From: Eledone cirrhosa
Lineage: Eukaryota
Direction of reading: 5' to 3'
Assembly (NCBI GenBank): GCA_964016885.1
Contig: OZ024750.1
Coordinates: 35,526,001 to 35,590,000, forward strand
DNA: 64,000 nucleotides
Shown here: piece by piece, positions 1 to 10,695 of the stretch
How the letters are laid out: each line of letters starts with the position of its first letter
Position numbering within the stretch: position 1 is the first letter of the stretch
Notes under the pieces: generated by a model
What the model was told of the DNA's origin: nothing
The model's database searches: none
Seen by the model: only the letters and a program-made list of their open reading frames with translations
Program-made: the position numbers and the translations under genes

Positions 1-193
1 ATCGAACCTTGAGCTGATCAGTGGCGAAACGCGTGTCACCTGTCAATAAACGTAATGAAGGAGTAACCAATCGTCCTTGTTATCCTTTCTATATTTTACA
101 CTCTGTATAGCTCTACACATCATCACAGAAGTGAACCTAAACATCGAGTGCTCACCCGAGTGAATCTGCAGTAACTCCTAGTTACACCCACTG
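1..193 (+). mobile_element. Penelope-like terminal fragment with the 3' half of a hammerhead (cut by window edge)
   Basis: gatcagtggc-GAAAC-GCGT-GTC at 16-37, AATAAA downstream, ends in (TA)n. Confidence 0.45.
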
Positions 194-609
194 GATATAT
201 ATATATATATATACTGTATATATATATATATATATATATACTGTATATATATATATATATACAGGGAAAGAGATGTTATATATGTAAGATATATACAAAT
301 TATTAGGTAATTCTCAGCTATAAATTCTATCCACCAATTCTACTATAATATTCTGGCATGAAATATTCCTATTCTATTCAATTAATGTGAAGAAGACTGA
401 TTATTATATTTTCTCATATTTTATTGATTCTAAGAAGATTTCTACTTTCGTAATAGTCTGAGATATTTGCTATTATAGAATAAAGCCTTGTTACCCTCAA
501 GATACTTGTGAACATCTGTTATTCACAGAAGTAGTCACATACTTTGTCTTTTACATGAATAAATACACTCTGATATGATGAAACCTTTCAATGAAAATTT
601 ATTCATGGA

Positions 610-645
<36 letters not shown>

Positions 646-671
646 GTTGTTGTTGTTGTTGTTGTTGTTGT
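610..671. repeat. (TTA)n(GTT)n microsatellite
   Basis: direct inspection. Confidence 0.95.
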
Positions 672-844
672 ATTCTAAAGCACAAAAGTACAAACTGAAC
701 TGTATAAATGTTCACTGTAATTTAAACAACACAACTCCCGATCTTGTTATTGTTTAAACATACCGAAGAAGAAAAAGTAAAGAAGAAAAAAAACAAAAAC
801 AAAATGAATAATTAGATAAACAAATAAGATGTAGTATTCCACTG

Positions 845-979
845 AAGGAGGAGGAAGAGACCAAGGAGGAGGAGGAGAAGGAGTAGAAGAGAGGAAAAGG
901 AGTAGAAGAAGAAGAAAAGGGAGAAGAAGAAGAAGAAGAAGAAGAAGAAGAAGAAGAAGAAGAAGAAGAAGAAGAAGAA
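845..979. repeat. (GGA)n/(GAA)n purine microsatellite
   Basis: direct inspection. Confidence 0.95.
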
Positions 980-1146
980 ATAATGGCTATCACATAAATA
1001 TATATGATATACATGAAATTTTTATTGATTATTGCTTCCAAACCAGAAATAATACACCAAATTGGAATTAGGGGGATGGGAAGAGGGGGAATTCTTATTC
1101 ACTTAAACACATATTTTCTCGCTCTCTTTCCTTATTGTTCTCATTC

Positions 1147-1183
<37 letters not shown>

Positions 1184-1489
1184 AACACATTGTACATTAG
1201 AATTTTGAAGTTAGAATGCATTTACATGTGATAATTTATACTTTTGCTTCCATTTTGACAGAGGTTCACTCTTTCGTGTGATTTGATAACTTTTTTCTCA
1301 GAACTGGTAGTTGTGTGTTATATTTACAGTTAAATACCAAAAAAAAAAAAATGGTAGATTTAGAATTAAATATACTTTATTTGAACGATAAAATTATGAT
1401 GTCATTAATCAATGTTCCTCTTCTCCTCTTGTTGCTAAAATGTACACTTATATATATATGTGTCCCTTCCTTTTATATATATATATATA

Positions 1490-1590
1490 GGCACATGGCT
1501 TAGTGGTTAGAGCATTGGCCTTGCAATCGAAAGGTTGTGAGTTCAATTCTCAGACCGGGTGATGTGTTGTTTCCTTGAGCAAGACACTTT
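1490..1590 (+). mobile_element. SINE family B, 5' tRNA-derived head
   Basis: A box TGGCTTAGTGG, B box GAGTTCAATTC, then ccttgagcaagacacttt; matches full copies at 13969 and 18477. Confidence 0.85.
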
Positions 1591-1616
1591 ATATATATAT
1601 ATATATATATATAAAT

Positions 1617-1783
1617 GTGGCCGGCACTAGGAAGGGTATTCAGCTGTAGAAACCAAACCAGAACCAGTTCTGTGTGAGCAAGACACGGTCACCTGACCCA
1701 ACATCCCTCAAATGGGATAACCCATCTAACCCATGCTAGCGTGCAAAAATTGATGTTAAATGATGATGATGATGATGATGATG
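1617..1783 (+). mobile_element. SINE B / RTE-type 3' tail fragment
   Basis: aggaagggtattcagctgtagaaa...aacccatgctagc...(GAT)n. Confidence 0.8.
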
Positions 1784-1789
1784 AATATA

Positions 1790-2013
1790 TCATCATCAAC
1801 AACATTTAACGTCTATCTTTCCACACTAGCATGGGTTAGACGGATTGTCCACGTTATGAGACAAGTATGGCCACTTGGCCATGCTGTACCTTGTTCAAAG
1901 GGGACTGTAATTTGACCAGGTATTTTTACAACTGGATCTCCTTCTTAACAGCAGCCACATTTACAGTGTGGAAGTGGGTGGTCCTGTTATCAGCCAAATC
2001 TGGTTAGATGGGC
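1790..2013 (-). mobile_element. SINE B / RTE-type 3' tail fragment
   Basis: (CAT)n...tttaacgtc...ctagcatgggttagacgg. Confidence 0.8.
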
Positions 2014-2035
2014 ATATATATATATATATATATAT

Positions 2036-2085
2036 ATGAATGTATGTATAGTATATTTGGCAAAATATACTATACATACATTCAT
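2036..2085. repeat. Perfect 23-bp inverted repeat with 4-nt loop
   Basis: atgaatgtatgtatagtatattt-ggca-aaatatactatacatacattcat. Confidence 0.9.
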
Positions 2086-2135
2086 GTATACATCGCTATT
2101 TCAGAGCACCAATCCTAATATATATATATAGACAT

Positions 2136-2182
<47 letters not shown>

Positions 2183-2186
2183 TATA

Positions 2187-2254
<68 letters not shown>

Positions 2255-2342
2255 AATTTAAGCTATCGAAGCATATCAATTATGTCTGATATTTGTGCTT
2301 CTCAACAGAAAAGCCCTATAGACATTTCTCCAGACCAATAAT

Positions 2343-3387
2343 AATTCAAATTAATAGATATATGTAGATATATATAGAGAGGAAGGAGCATATATCTTGT
2401 GTATATACAAGATATATAGAGAGAGGAAGGAGCATATATCTTGTATATATACAAGATATATATAGAGAGGAAGGACCATATATCTTGTATATATACAAGA
2501 TATATAGAGAGAGGAAGGAGCATATATCTTGTATATATACAAGATATATATAGAGAGGAAGGACCATATATCTTGTATATATACAAGATATGTAGAGAGA
2601 GGAAGGAGCATATATCTTGTGTATATACAAGATATATATAGAGAGGAAGCACCATATATCTTGTATATATACAAGATATATGCTCCTTTCTCTCTATATA
2701 TATCTTGTATATACACAAGATATATGCTCCTTCTTCTCTATATATATCTTGTATATACACAAGATATATGCTCCTTCCTCTCTATATATATCTTGTATAT
2801 ACACAAGATATATGGTCCTTCCTCTCTCTATATATCTTGTATATATACAAGATATATGGTGCTTCCTCTCTATATATATCTTGTATATATACAATATATA
2901 TGGCACTTCCTCTCTATATATATCTTGTATATATACAAGATATATGGTGCTTCCTCTCTATATATATCTTGTATATATACAATATATATGGCACTTCCTC
3001 TCTATATATATCTTGTATATATACAAGATATATGGTGCTTCCTCTCTATATATATCTTGTATATATACAATATATATGGCACTTCCTCTCTATATATATC
3101 TTGTATATATACAAGATATATGGTGCTTCCTCTCTATATATATCTTGTATATATACAAGATATATGGTCCTTCTTCTCTATATATATCTTGTATATATAC
3201 AAGATATATGGTCCTTCCTCTCTATATATATCTTGTATATATACAAGATATATGGTCCTTCCTCTCTATATATATTTTGTATATATACAAGATATATGCT
3301 CCTTCCTCTCTATATATATCTTGTATATATACAAGATTATGCTCCTTCTTCTCTATATATATCTACATATATCTATTAATTTCAATT
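2343..3387. repeat. Fold-back 44-bp minisatellite (7 units one way, 16 the other) with inverted unique flanks
   Basis: unit gagaggaaggagcatatatcttgtatatatacaagatatatata; orientation flips at 2667/2668; outer flanks are reverse complements. Confidence 0.95.
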
Positions 3388-3570
3388 CATCATTATCATC
3401 GTCATCATCTTCACTGTTTAACGTCTATTTTTCCATGCTTGCATGGGTTAGACGGGTTGCAGATGTCATGGGACAAGTTTGGCCACTTGGCTGCCCCATA
3501 CCTTGTTCAGACGTAACTGTAATTTGGCTGGGATAATTACAGCTGGCTGCCCTTCCTAACACCAACCGTA
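3388..3570 (-). mobile_element. SINE B / RTE-type 3' tail fragment
   Basis: (CAT)n, tttaacgtc, cttgcatgggttagacggg, gcccttcctaacaccaacc. Confidence 0.8.
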
Positions 3571-3651
3571 TTTCCTGCCAGGAACTTATATACATATATG
3601 AAAAAGTTCAGGACCCTGACGGCTGAACTCCGGCCATTTCAACATCTATAT

Positions 3652-3794
3652 ATATTTATTAAAATAACAGATTAAAGTTTAAGCAAAGAATCGCTGCTTT
3701 CATCCTTAACGGGATCTTCTGAAACAGAAGATCCCGTTAAGGGTGAAAGCAGCGATTCTTTGCTTAAACTTTAATCTGTTATTTTAATAAATAT
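3652..3794. repeat. 70-bp-arm palindrome with 3-nt loop, containing a degenerate hammerhead-like core
   Basis: arms 3652-3721 and 3725-3794, one mismatch; CAGAAGA-T-CCC-GTTAA-GGG-T-GAAA. Confidence 0.9.
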
Positions 3795-3876
3795 TTGCTC
3801 TACGGTTTTATATATTTGATATATATTTATCCTTATCGAGCCCTCTTTGGATTTTAGTCTTCAAATTTATTATTAT

Positions 3877-3919
<43 letters not shown>

Positions 3920-3920
3920 A

Positions 3921-4535
3921 TCATCATCATCATCACCCTTTTTACGTCCATTCTTCCACACTAGCATGGGTTAGACAGGTTGTCCTGTTGTGGGCAGTGC
4001 CTGGTCGGGTGACCTTAACTTGCTAATACGTGAACTGATTTTTCGCTTGATTTTTCGCTGGATGCCCTTCCTAACACCAACCTCATTTACAGTGAGTGCT
4101 GGGTGCTTTCTTTCTATGGCGCCTACACGACCACTTTACAGTGTGGGCTTCATGCTTTTTTGTCGTGATGCCTCCACGACCACTTTGCAGTGGGAAGGGA
4201 TAGGGACATATTGTCGATATGCTTCAGCGTCGGCTTGATCCCATGGGAAATCAGGTCTTTTGTATTACTGCGTGACGCCAAAGGTCACGGTCCTGTGTCA
4301 TTGCCTTTGAGAGGTGCAATTGTGCAAGGTCAGCTTTTATCACCTCATCCCAGGTCTTCTTGGGTCTCCCCACTCTATGGCTTCCATCGACTTTTAGTGC
4401 TCTGCACCTTTTTATGCAGCTCTCATTCTTCATACGCATCACATGTCCATACCAACGCACCCTCCTCTCCTGCACACAGCATTTGATTCCTCTTATGCTC
4501 AGTCTCTCTCTCAGATCGTTTATGCTTTGCCATTC
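3921..4535 (-). mobile_element. RTE LINE 3' end fused to SINE-B-type tail
   Basis: QERRVRWYGHVMRM...VGRPKKTWDEVIKADL...DRDLWR followed by shared tail and (GAT)n. Confidence 0.9.
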
Positions 4536-4560
4536 GTATATATGTATATATATATATATA

Positions 4561-4707
4561 ACGAAGGAAGTGTGGTAAGGAACCAGGTGGACCATAATGC
4601 ACCAGAGTACTCAATACTTTGGGTAGTAGAGTGAGTAATAGGAAAATGTCCAGAAATAGCCGTTGAAATGGCTTGATCTCTGCCGTCTGGGTCTTGAACA
4701 TTTTCCT
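4561..4707. mobile_element. Short (TA)n-embedded repeat (related copies at 3599-3646 and 63021-63078), probably PLE terminal
   Basis: shared motif gttgaaayggc-N9-gccgtc-Ngggtc. Confidence 0.5.
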
Positions 4708-5233
4708 ATATATATATTGTATTCTTACAAAATTTACACTTTTCTGAATTCTTTCGCCAAATATAGGGGTTCCCTCCCTTGCTGGACTACACGTGCGTTC
4801 AGTAACGGGTCCCCCTGTATTTTTGAACGAAACATCCGCTGAGAAAGCAGTTTCCTCGTTCGTCTCTTTACTAGAAGTCAGATATATTTTTTATGTGGGC
4901 TGACAGTAATTGATTAAGGAACTGCAGAAACCCAAAAAGCTAGAATTTAACATCCTTCTAGCGGGTCCGGGTGAGTTTTTACATTCATTTAATTTATTAA
5001 TTTATTAATTTATTATTTGAGTGACCCGAATTTTCCTGGTCGTTTTTTTCGGCTGTGCGAATGATTTTAGGCATCGTCTCTATGTGTTGGTATTTTAACG
5101 ATAGTTATAGCTCTGGTTCATCCAAACTATTGAGCCCTCTGCCACACATGTCGAAGATTGTTTATCGTTATTTCATGGGCCGAGATTCTGATTCTCGATT
5201 ATTTACTTGTATATATATATATATATATATATA

Positions 5234-5328
5234 TCATCATCATCATCATCATCATCGTTTAACGTCCATGTTCCATGCTTGCATGGGTTTGGACGGGAGT
5301 TTTCCCACTTGAGGCAAGAGTGGTTGTC
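5234..5328 (-). mobile_element. RTE-type SINE tail fragment
   Basis: (CAT)n gtttaacgtcc...gcttgcatgggtttggacggg. Confidence 0.75.
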
Positions 5329-5358
5329 TTTATATATATATATGTATATATATATATA

Positions 5359-6650
5359 GGGTTATTCTATATCAAATCATGGAATTTCAGAAAAATTTCC
5401 CAGGTCACCTCCTCAGATCCCCCTGAAAAAATTCATACTAGCTCCTGTACCTATATGATCGGAAAATATCAAGTATTAAGTTAATATCTTTGATAGTTTT
5501 GAAATCGTAGGCCTTTAAAATATTAATTAATTATACATTTTTTTCCGAACAGGTCTCTCAGACCAACTTGAGATAGCCTTTTCTCCTCTAATATGGCAAG
5601 CACAACTTTGAAATCATGTGTTTGGAGCTAACCTTTTCTGTGAAGTTCAAATATATATGTAATATGATGGCTTCATTGTACCGAAGCTTTTCTTTCAATG
5701 CATTCAAAGCCGCAGATTGCACTTTTCCAATAAAGTGGTGCTGTGTAAGCTTTCAGAATAATTCACACATGATATCAATGAAATCTGCTGCAGTAGCTTC
5801 AAGTGGTACAAGTGTTGTTCTATGATTGTGGACCCATTGTTTATATTTAATCATATCATCTTCATGAACCTCTTGACTATCTGACTATTGAGGTACTCTT
5901 GTAATGCCTCTTTCCCAGGATACCATTCACATGCATGTGACATGCTGTTTTATATCCATGCTTTATGACTAAGTTGATCCTGTACAAAGTGCTGACAACT
6001 GAATTTCTAAAAATTCACAACTCTGAAAAGAAGCTAAGCAACAAAACTAAATTTCTGTCACATCATCTTCAGAAGTATAAGAATGCATGGTAAAAATTTG
6101 AAAACGATAGTGAACTGCCTACATGGTCAACTAGGGGCTTCAAATGGGCGTTTTTTTAAATCGCACATATTTTAAAAACTTTTTCTGCCACTCCCATAAT
6201 AGTAACTAACATGGTTACTGCCCAGAAATGGTCTACTATATGCTAAGTAACAGGAACACAATCATGGTCACTTTATCTAGTGTACCTATTGAGATAGAAA
6301 TACCTAAATGAGGCATACATTTGCTGTACGTTTAATTCTTAGCAATTTTCAGAGGCCTGTAGATGGAAACATATACAGGATATACTTGATTTGATAAGAT
6401 ATTTGAATTCTACAGAAAAGGTTAGCTCCAAACACATAATTTCAAAGTTGTGCTTGCCATATTAGAGGAAAAATGGCTATCTCAAGTTGGTCCAAGAGAC
6501 TTGTTTGGAAAAAAATGTATAATTAATTAATATTTTAAAGGCCTACAATTTCAAAACTATCAAAGATATTGACCTAATACTTGATATTTTTTCAGGGGAA
6601 TCTGAGGTGGGGACCTGGGACCCTCTGGGTGATTTGAGATGGAATTACCC
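5359..6650 (-). mobile_element. Internally deleted DNA transposon with ~250-300-bp TIRs, Sola2-like
   Basis: termini GGGTTATTC...GAATTACCC, tata on both sides, TIR identity 5359-5653 vs 6399-6650, transposase remnant inside. Confidence 0.8.
5660..5945 (-). pseudogene. Decayed transposase fragment (Sola2-like)
   Basis: manual translation: ACEWYPGKEALQEYL...DDMIKYKQWVHNHRTTL...DFIDIMCELF*KLTQHHFIGKVQSAALNALKEKLRYNEAIIL. Confidence 0.7.
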
Positions 6651-6680
6651 TATATATATATGTGTGTGTGTGTGTATATA

Positions 6681-6727
6681 TGATGATTTCTCCCAAATGA
6701 AATAGTTCTAGTCCTGCAGAAGCCATT

Positions 6728-6728
<1 letters not shown>
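6681..6728 (+). ncRNA. 5'-truncated, degenerate hammerhead motif
   Basis: TGATGA-T-ttctcccaaa-T-GAAA-tagttcta-GTC; homologous to 11154-11200 (-). Confidence 0.4.
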
Positions 6729-6801
<73 letters not shown>

Positions 6802-6804
<3 letters not shown>

Positions 6805-7188
6805 TCATCATCATCACCGTTTTACGTCCGTTCTTCCATGCTAGCATGGGTTAGACGGGTTGTCCTGTTGTGGGCAGTGTCCGGTCATCTGACCTTCTCT
6901 TGCTCATACGGGAACTGATTCTGGCTTGATTTCTACAACTGGATGCCCTTCCTAACACCAAACTCATTTACTGGCTGCTTTTTTGTCGTGGCGCCTACAC
7001 GGCCACTTTGCAGTAGGAGGGTGTGGGGGCATATTGTCTATATGCTTCAGCTTCGGCTTGTACCGGTGGGGGGGGGGTCGGGTCTTCTGTATTACTGCAT
7101 GATGCCAGAGGTCACGGTCGTGTGTCATCACCTTTGAGAGGTGTAATTGGGTAAGGTCAGCTTTTATCACCTCATCCCAGGTCTTCTT
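6802..7188 (-). mobile_element. RTE LINE 3' end plus SINE-B-type tail
   Basis: IKADLTQLHLSKVMTHDRDLWHHAV; close paralogue of 3921-4535. Confidence 0.9.
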
Positions 7189-8080
7189 GTATTAGAGCGA
7201 TAATACATTGAGATATGAAGGTGGACATATCAAATAGACAATTTAGAATAAATATTTGCTATATATATTAAAATAAATACATATATATTGTTTTTTATCC
7301 AGACATCAATTAATGTTTCTAAGAGGTTTGCATTTAAAATAACAAGTGTGATATTCTCATTAGCAGAAGACAGAAAAACAGAATTGTAAGAGATCCATAT
7401 TGACTATACAGACCAGTTAAATTAAACTGGAAAGATGTAAATATCTTATTTCTGAATACTTTAGAAAAGTGCAGGAATCTTAAATATTAATTGTAAAAAT
7501 TATATTTAACATAAACATTTATCCATTGACTGTTATTTTAATAATAGAAATAAATATTTTGCTAGCATAACAAAGATTTCTTTAACGTGTAAAGCATTTT
7601 TACAATTAAATTCAAGTACACTTTTAAAATATTTTATAAAATATAACATTTATTGATATTTTGCTGTCTTTATATATACTTTTGGTTTCATCACGGTTCA
7701 TATTTTAAATGTTATAAAGATGTATTCATGTTGAAATAAAAATATATAAATACATATGTATGTTTTTATTTCAATATGCTTAGTCAGTATATATTTTTGA
7801 GTATTGTTTGTCTTAGCCATCTTCATATTTCAATATATTATCACCATAAACATCAATTTATTTTCACATTCATCAAGCTCTCTGTTAAAATGCTATACAC
7901 ATACACAAAAAATAAAATCTTGGTTATGTTTGTAAAACTTTATCAAATTTATTAATAAAATAGTAATTTCTCTGAGCTAATTTTAGATTCCATTTTTGTT
8001 TTGTCAATGATTTTAGAGATTCAAGCCCTCTTACAAACTATTTAGACAGAAATTTCTCCATATTTCTGCCCCATTCATAC

Positions 8081-8150
8081 CTGTCCATTTTTCCTTTTCA
8101 GCTTTATTAAGTCTACATTTTTTGTGTGCCTCTCTTTTTCTGCTGAGCAT
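8081..8150 (-). other. Candidate coding exon MLSRKREAHKKCRLNKAEKEKWT
   Basis: ATG at 8150, open frame to CAG|GTATGA donor at 8080; no homology recognised. Confidence 0.2.
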
Positions 8151-8288
8151 ATCACATTATATATTAAATATAGAAGTGTTATATATATATATATATATAT
8201 ATGTAGGAAGTGAGTTTTATTGTAGTACAATAAAGCAATGCAGATATTGGATAAGTCGCACTCTACAGTTTGTAGGACTGGAGTATAA

Positions 8289-8610
8289 ATAATATATAAG
8301 ATCAAAAGATGGTTAAAAGAGTTCCATGTATTTTATTATGCGCATTTCAAAAATAAATATCATCATGCGATGACATTTGCGGGAGACATGATATGAAGGT
8401 TAACAAACACTTGTGAATAGTGCAGTTTTAAATCAACATATGTTGATTTAAAACTTCACTATTCACAAGTGTATTTTAACCTTCATATCATGTCTCCCTA
8501 TTTTATCTGACGAAAACGCAAATGTCATCGCATGATGATATTTGTTTTTGAAATGCGCATAATAAAAGACATGGAACTCTTTTAACCATCTTTTGATCTT
8601 ATATATTATA
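8289..8610. repeat. ~320-bp spacerless imperfect palindrome
   Basis: centre aaatcaacat|atgttgattt at 8439/8440; ~20-bp indel in right arm. Confidence 0.9.
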
Positions 8611-8623
8611 TATATATATATAA

Positions 8624-9778
8624 AGGTAGAACACTGGAGGGTAATACCCATAGTGGTAGAGCACTCAGTCCATGGGATGAGTTTGGTAGAAGTAGTAACA
8701 CAACAGTTAGTTCACCATACCGAGAACAATTGTTTCACCTTGCGGATCTTCAGCTTGGACTGATAATGGTTATACAGAACAGGAAAAGGAAAAACAACCG
8801 TATGAATGCGCATGTGCAAAAACGGTCACTACTCCCAAGTGATAAAAATCCATGGTCGAAAGGTGTAAGGGAGATAACTGCGAATGTCCAGAATAAATTG
8901 TTCAAGTTCATTAGAATATTAAAATGTTGATGTTATTCAATCTAGAGCTTTGTAGTTATGCAAGAGGTGTTTCCAGACATATGGACAACGTGAGAAAAGT
9001 TCATTTCTTGAATTTAGGCAATCGCTATTGCGTAATCTCCTTAGAATATTGTTCCTTTCTTCAATACACAGTCCACAAGATGGATTACCCCTTGGACTTA
9101 GTGATAGCTTTCCATTGAATGGAGTAGTCTACACCTGAGTCTTTGAGGGACCATACGTTTCTCGCAAGCTTTGTGGACGACTGTTTGTCCAGGTACCTAA
9201 AGGTCAACTGATGGTTCAGGAAGCATTCCTTGAACCGACCCTCCGCCATACCCACAAAGGATTTGACCTCCTGTTGTTGATTTGGTCAGTTGGAAGTGAT
9301 CACAGCTTCATAAACTAAAGCAGGTGTATTACATTGCTGTTGAAGGGGACAAGCTTCAGGCTTTCGGCAAGAGCATCCTGGTGGGGTGACGCTCTTAGGG
9401 CTGTTGGTGATGTGGGCCTTCATATTCATAGCGCAGATGTATCCTACTTTTACCCTGTGTCTGTTAAAGATGGAGCGGTATTTGTGACCTATAGGAAAGT
9501 GTCTATGTAAGAGGGCTAAAAACCTTTTTCCTACATTAGTTTTAATGTTGAGTGAGAAGGGGGGAGAGGACCAGATAGTTTGTCTATCGGTATGATTTCT
9601 TTTCTTATTGCTATTGGTGTTAGTGGGGAGTAAGTAATTGGTTGCGAGAAGCCGCTGTTAGCTAACGCCATGTTGTAGTAAGGGGCCGCTCTGTGAAAGA
9701 TTGCTTTATTTGAGGAGAGGTTAGAGATTCGAGTACCGATATTATTTACAAAGTTTCTAAAATCAGTAGAAACCGCTT
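8624..9778 (-). mobile_element. Penelope-like element, 3' part (RT thumb, GIY-YIG endonuclease, terminal repeat)
   Basis: frameshifted remnant ~9770-8936: RISNLSSNKAIFHRAAPYYNMAL, TNVGKRFLALLHRHFP, CSCRKPEACPLQQQC, SFVGMAEGRFKECFLNHQLTF, LNSRNELFSRC. Confidence 0.9.
8720..8758 (-). ncRNA. Minimal type I hammerhead ribozyme (PLE-associated)
   Basis: ccaag-CTGAAGA-T-CC-GCAA-GG-T-GAAA-C-AATT-G-TT-ctcgg. Confidence 0.75.
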
Positions 9779-9932
9779 CATCTTTAACAGACACAGGGTA
9801 AAACTAGGATACCCTTGCGCTAAGAATATGAAGGCCCATATCACCAACAGCCCTAAGAACGGCACCCCACCAGGATGCTCTTGCCAAAAGCCTGAAACTT
9901 GTCCCTTTCAACAGCAATGCAACTCACCCGCT
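9779..9932 (+). mobile_element. Inverted duplicate of Penelope internal segment 9319-9472
   Basis: catctttaacagacacagggtaaaa...cagcaatg matches the reverse complement of 9319-9472. Confidence 0.9.
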
Positions 9933-10199
9933 GTAGTTATGTCCTTGAGCAAGACACTTTATTTCTTGTTACTCCTGTTTACTCAGCTGTAGAAATGAGT
10001 TGCAACATCAAGCTGTATCAGCTGTATCAGGAATATATATATACATATATATATATACATATATATATATATAAACATTAATTGAAAAGGATTAAAGCAA
10101 TGAGTGTATATGAATTTTCAAGAGCAGCAATCACCCATGCATACCACATACCAATCTCCCCCTTCCACACCACCGACGATGTCTAAGGTAAAGGCTAAG

Positions 10200-10372
10200 A
10201 ACAATACAGCTTGGCACCTGTGACATTGCAATTCTTTTCTACAGCTGCATGAACTGGAGCAACGTGGAATAAAGTGTCTTGCTCAAGAACACAATGCAAA
10301 GCTCGCTCTGAGAATTAAGCTCAGAAGATCTCAATTGCAAGTCAAACACTCTAACCAGTAAGACATGGGCCT
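10200..10372 (-). mobile_element. SINE family B, older copy
   Basis: aaagtgtcttgctcaag and tRNA head in reverse. Confidence 0.75.
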
Positions 10373-10490
10373 TCACACACACACACACGCACGCACAGAC
10401 ACGCACACACACACACGCATATATATATATACACATACATATTTATTTAAATAAATAACCAGCATTAAATTACATTATTTATTAGATGTA

Positions 10491-10672
10491 GATTGGCAGT
10501 ATCGGTAGAGGGTCGGATGCCATGCTTTCCAGCATAGTTACGTCCCTTTACGATCTGAGTTCAAATCCCGCCGAGGTTGACTTTGCCTTTCATCCTTACG
10601 GGGTCGATAAAATAAAGTACCAGTAATGCACTGGGTTATTGCTGGCCTTGTGCCTAAAGTAGAAACAATTAT
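10491..10672 (+). mobile_element. SINE family A (tRNA-derived, ~190 bp)
   Basis: A box TGGCAGTATCGG, B box GAGTTCAAATCC, core gcctttcatccttacggggtcgataaaataaagtacc; 17-bp TSD attatttattagatgta. Confidence 0.92.
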
Positions 10673-10695
10673 TTATTAGATGTATGCATCTATTA

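Noticed and set aside
2302-3536. Long ORFs up to 335 aa (IYLVYIQDI repeats)
   Set aside because: Open in many frames on both strands because the 44-bp unit lacks stop codons; a minisatellite artefact.
8506-8530. CTGACGA-AAAC-gcaaat-GTC as a hammerhead
   Set aside because: No stem II and no separate GAAA; at most a deleted remnant.
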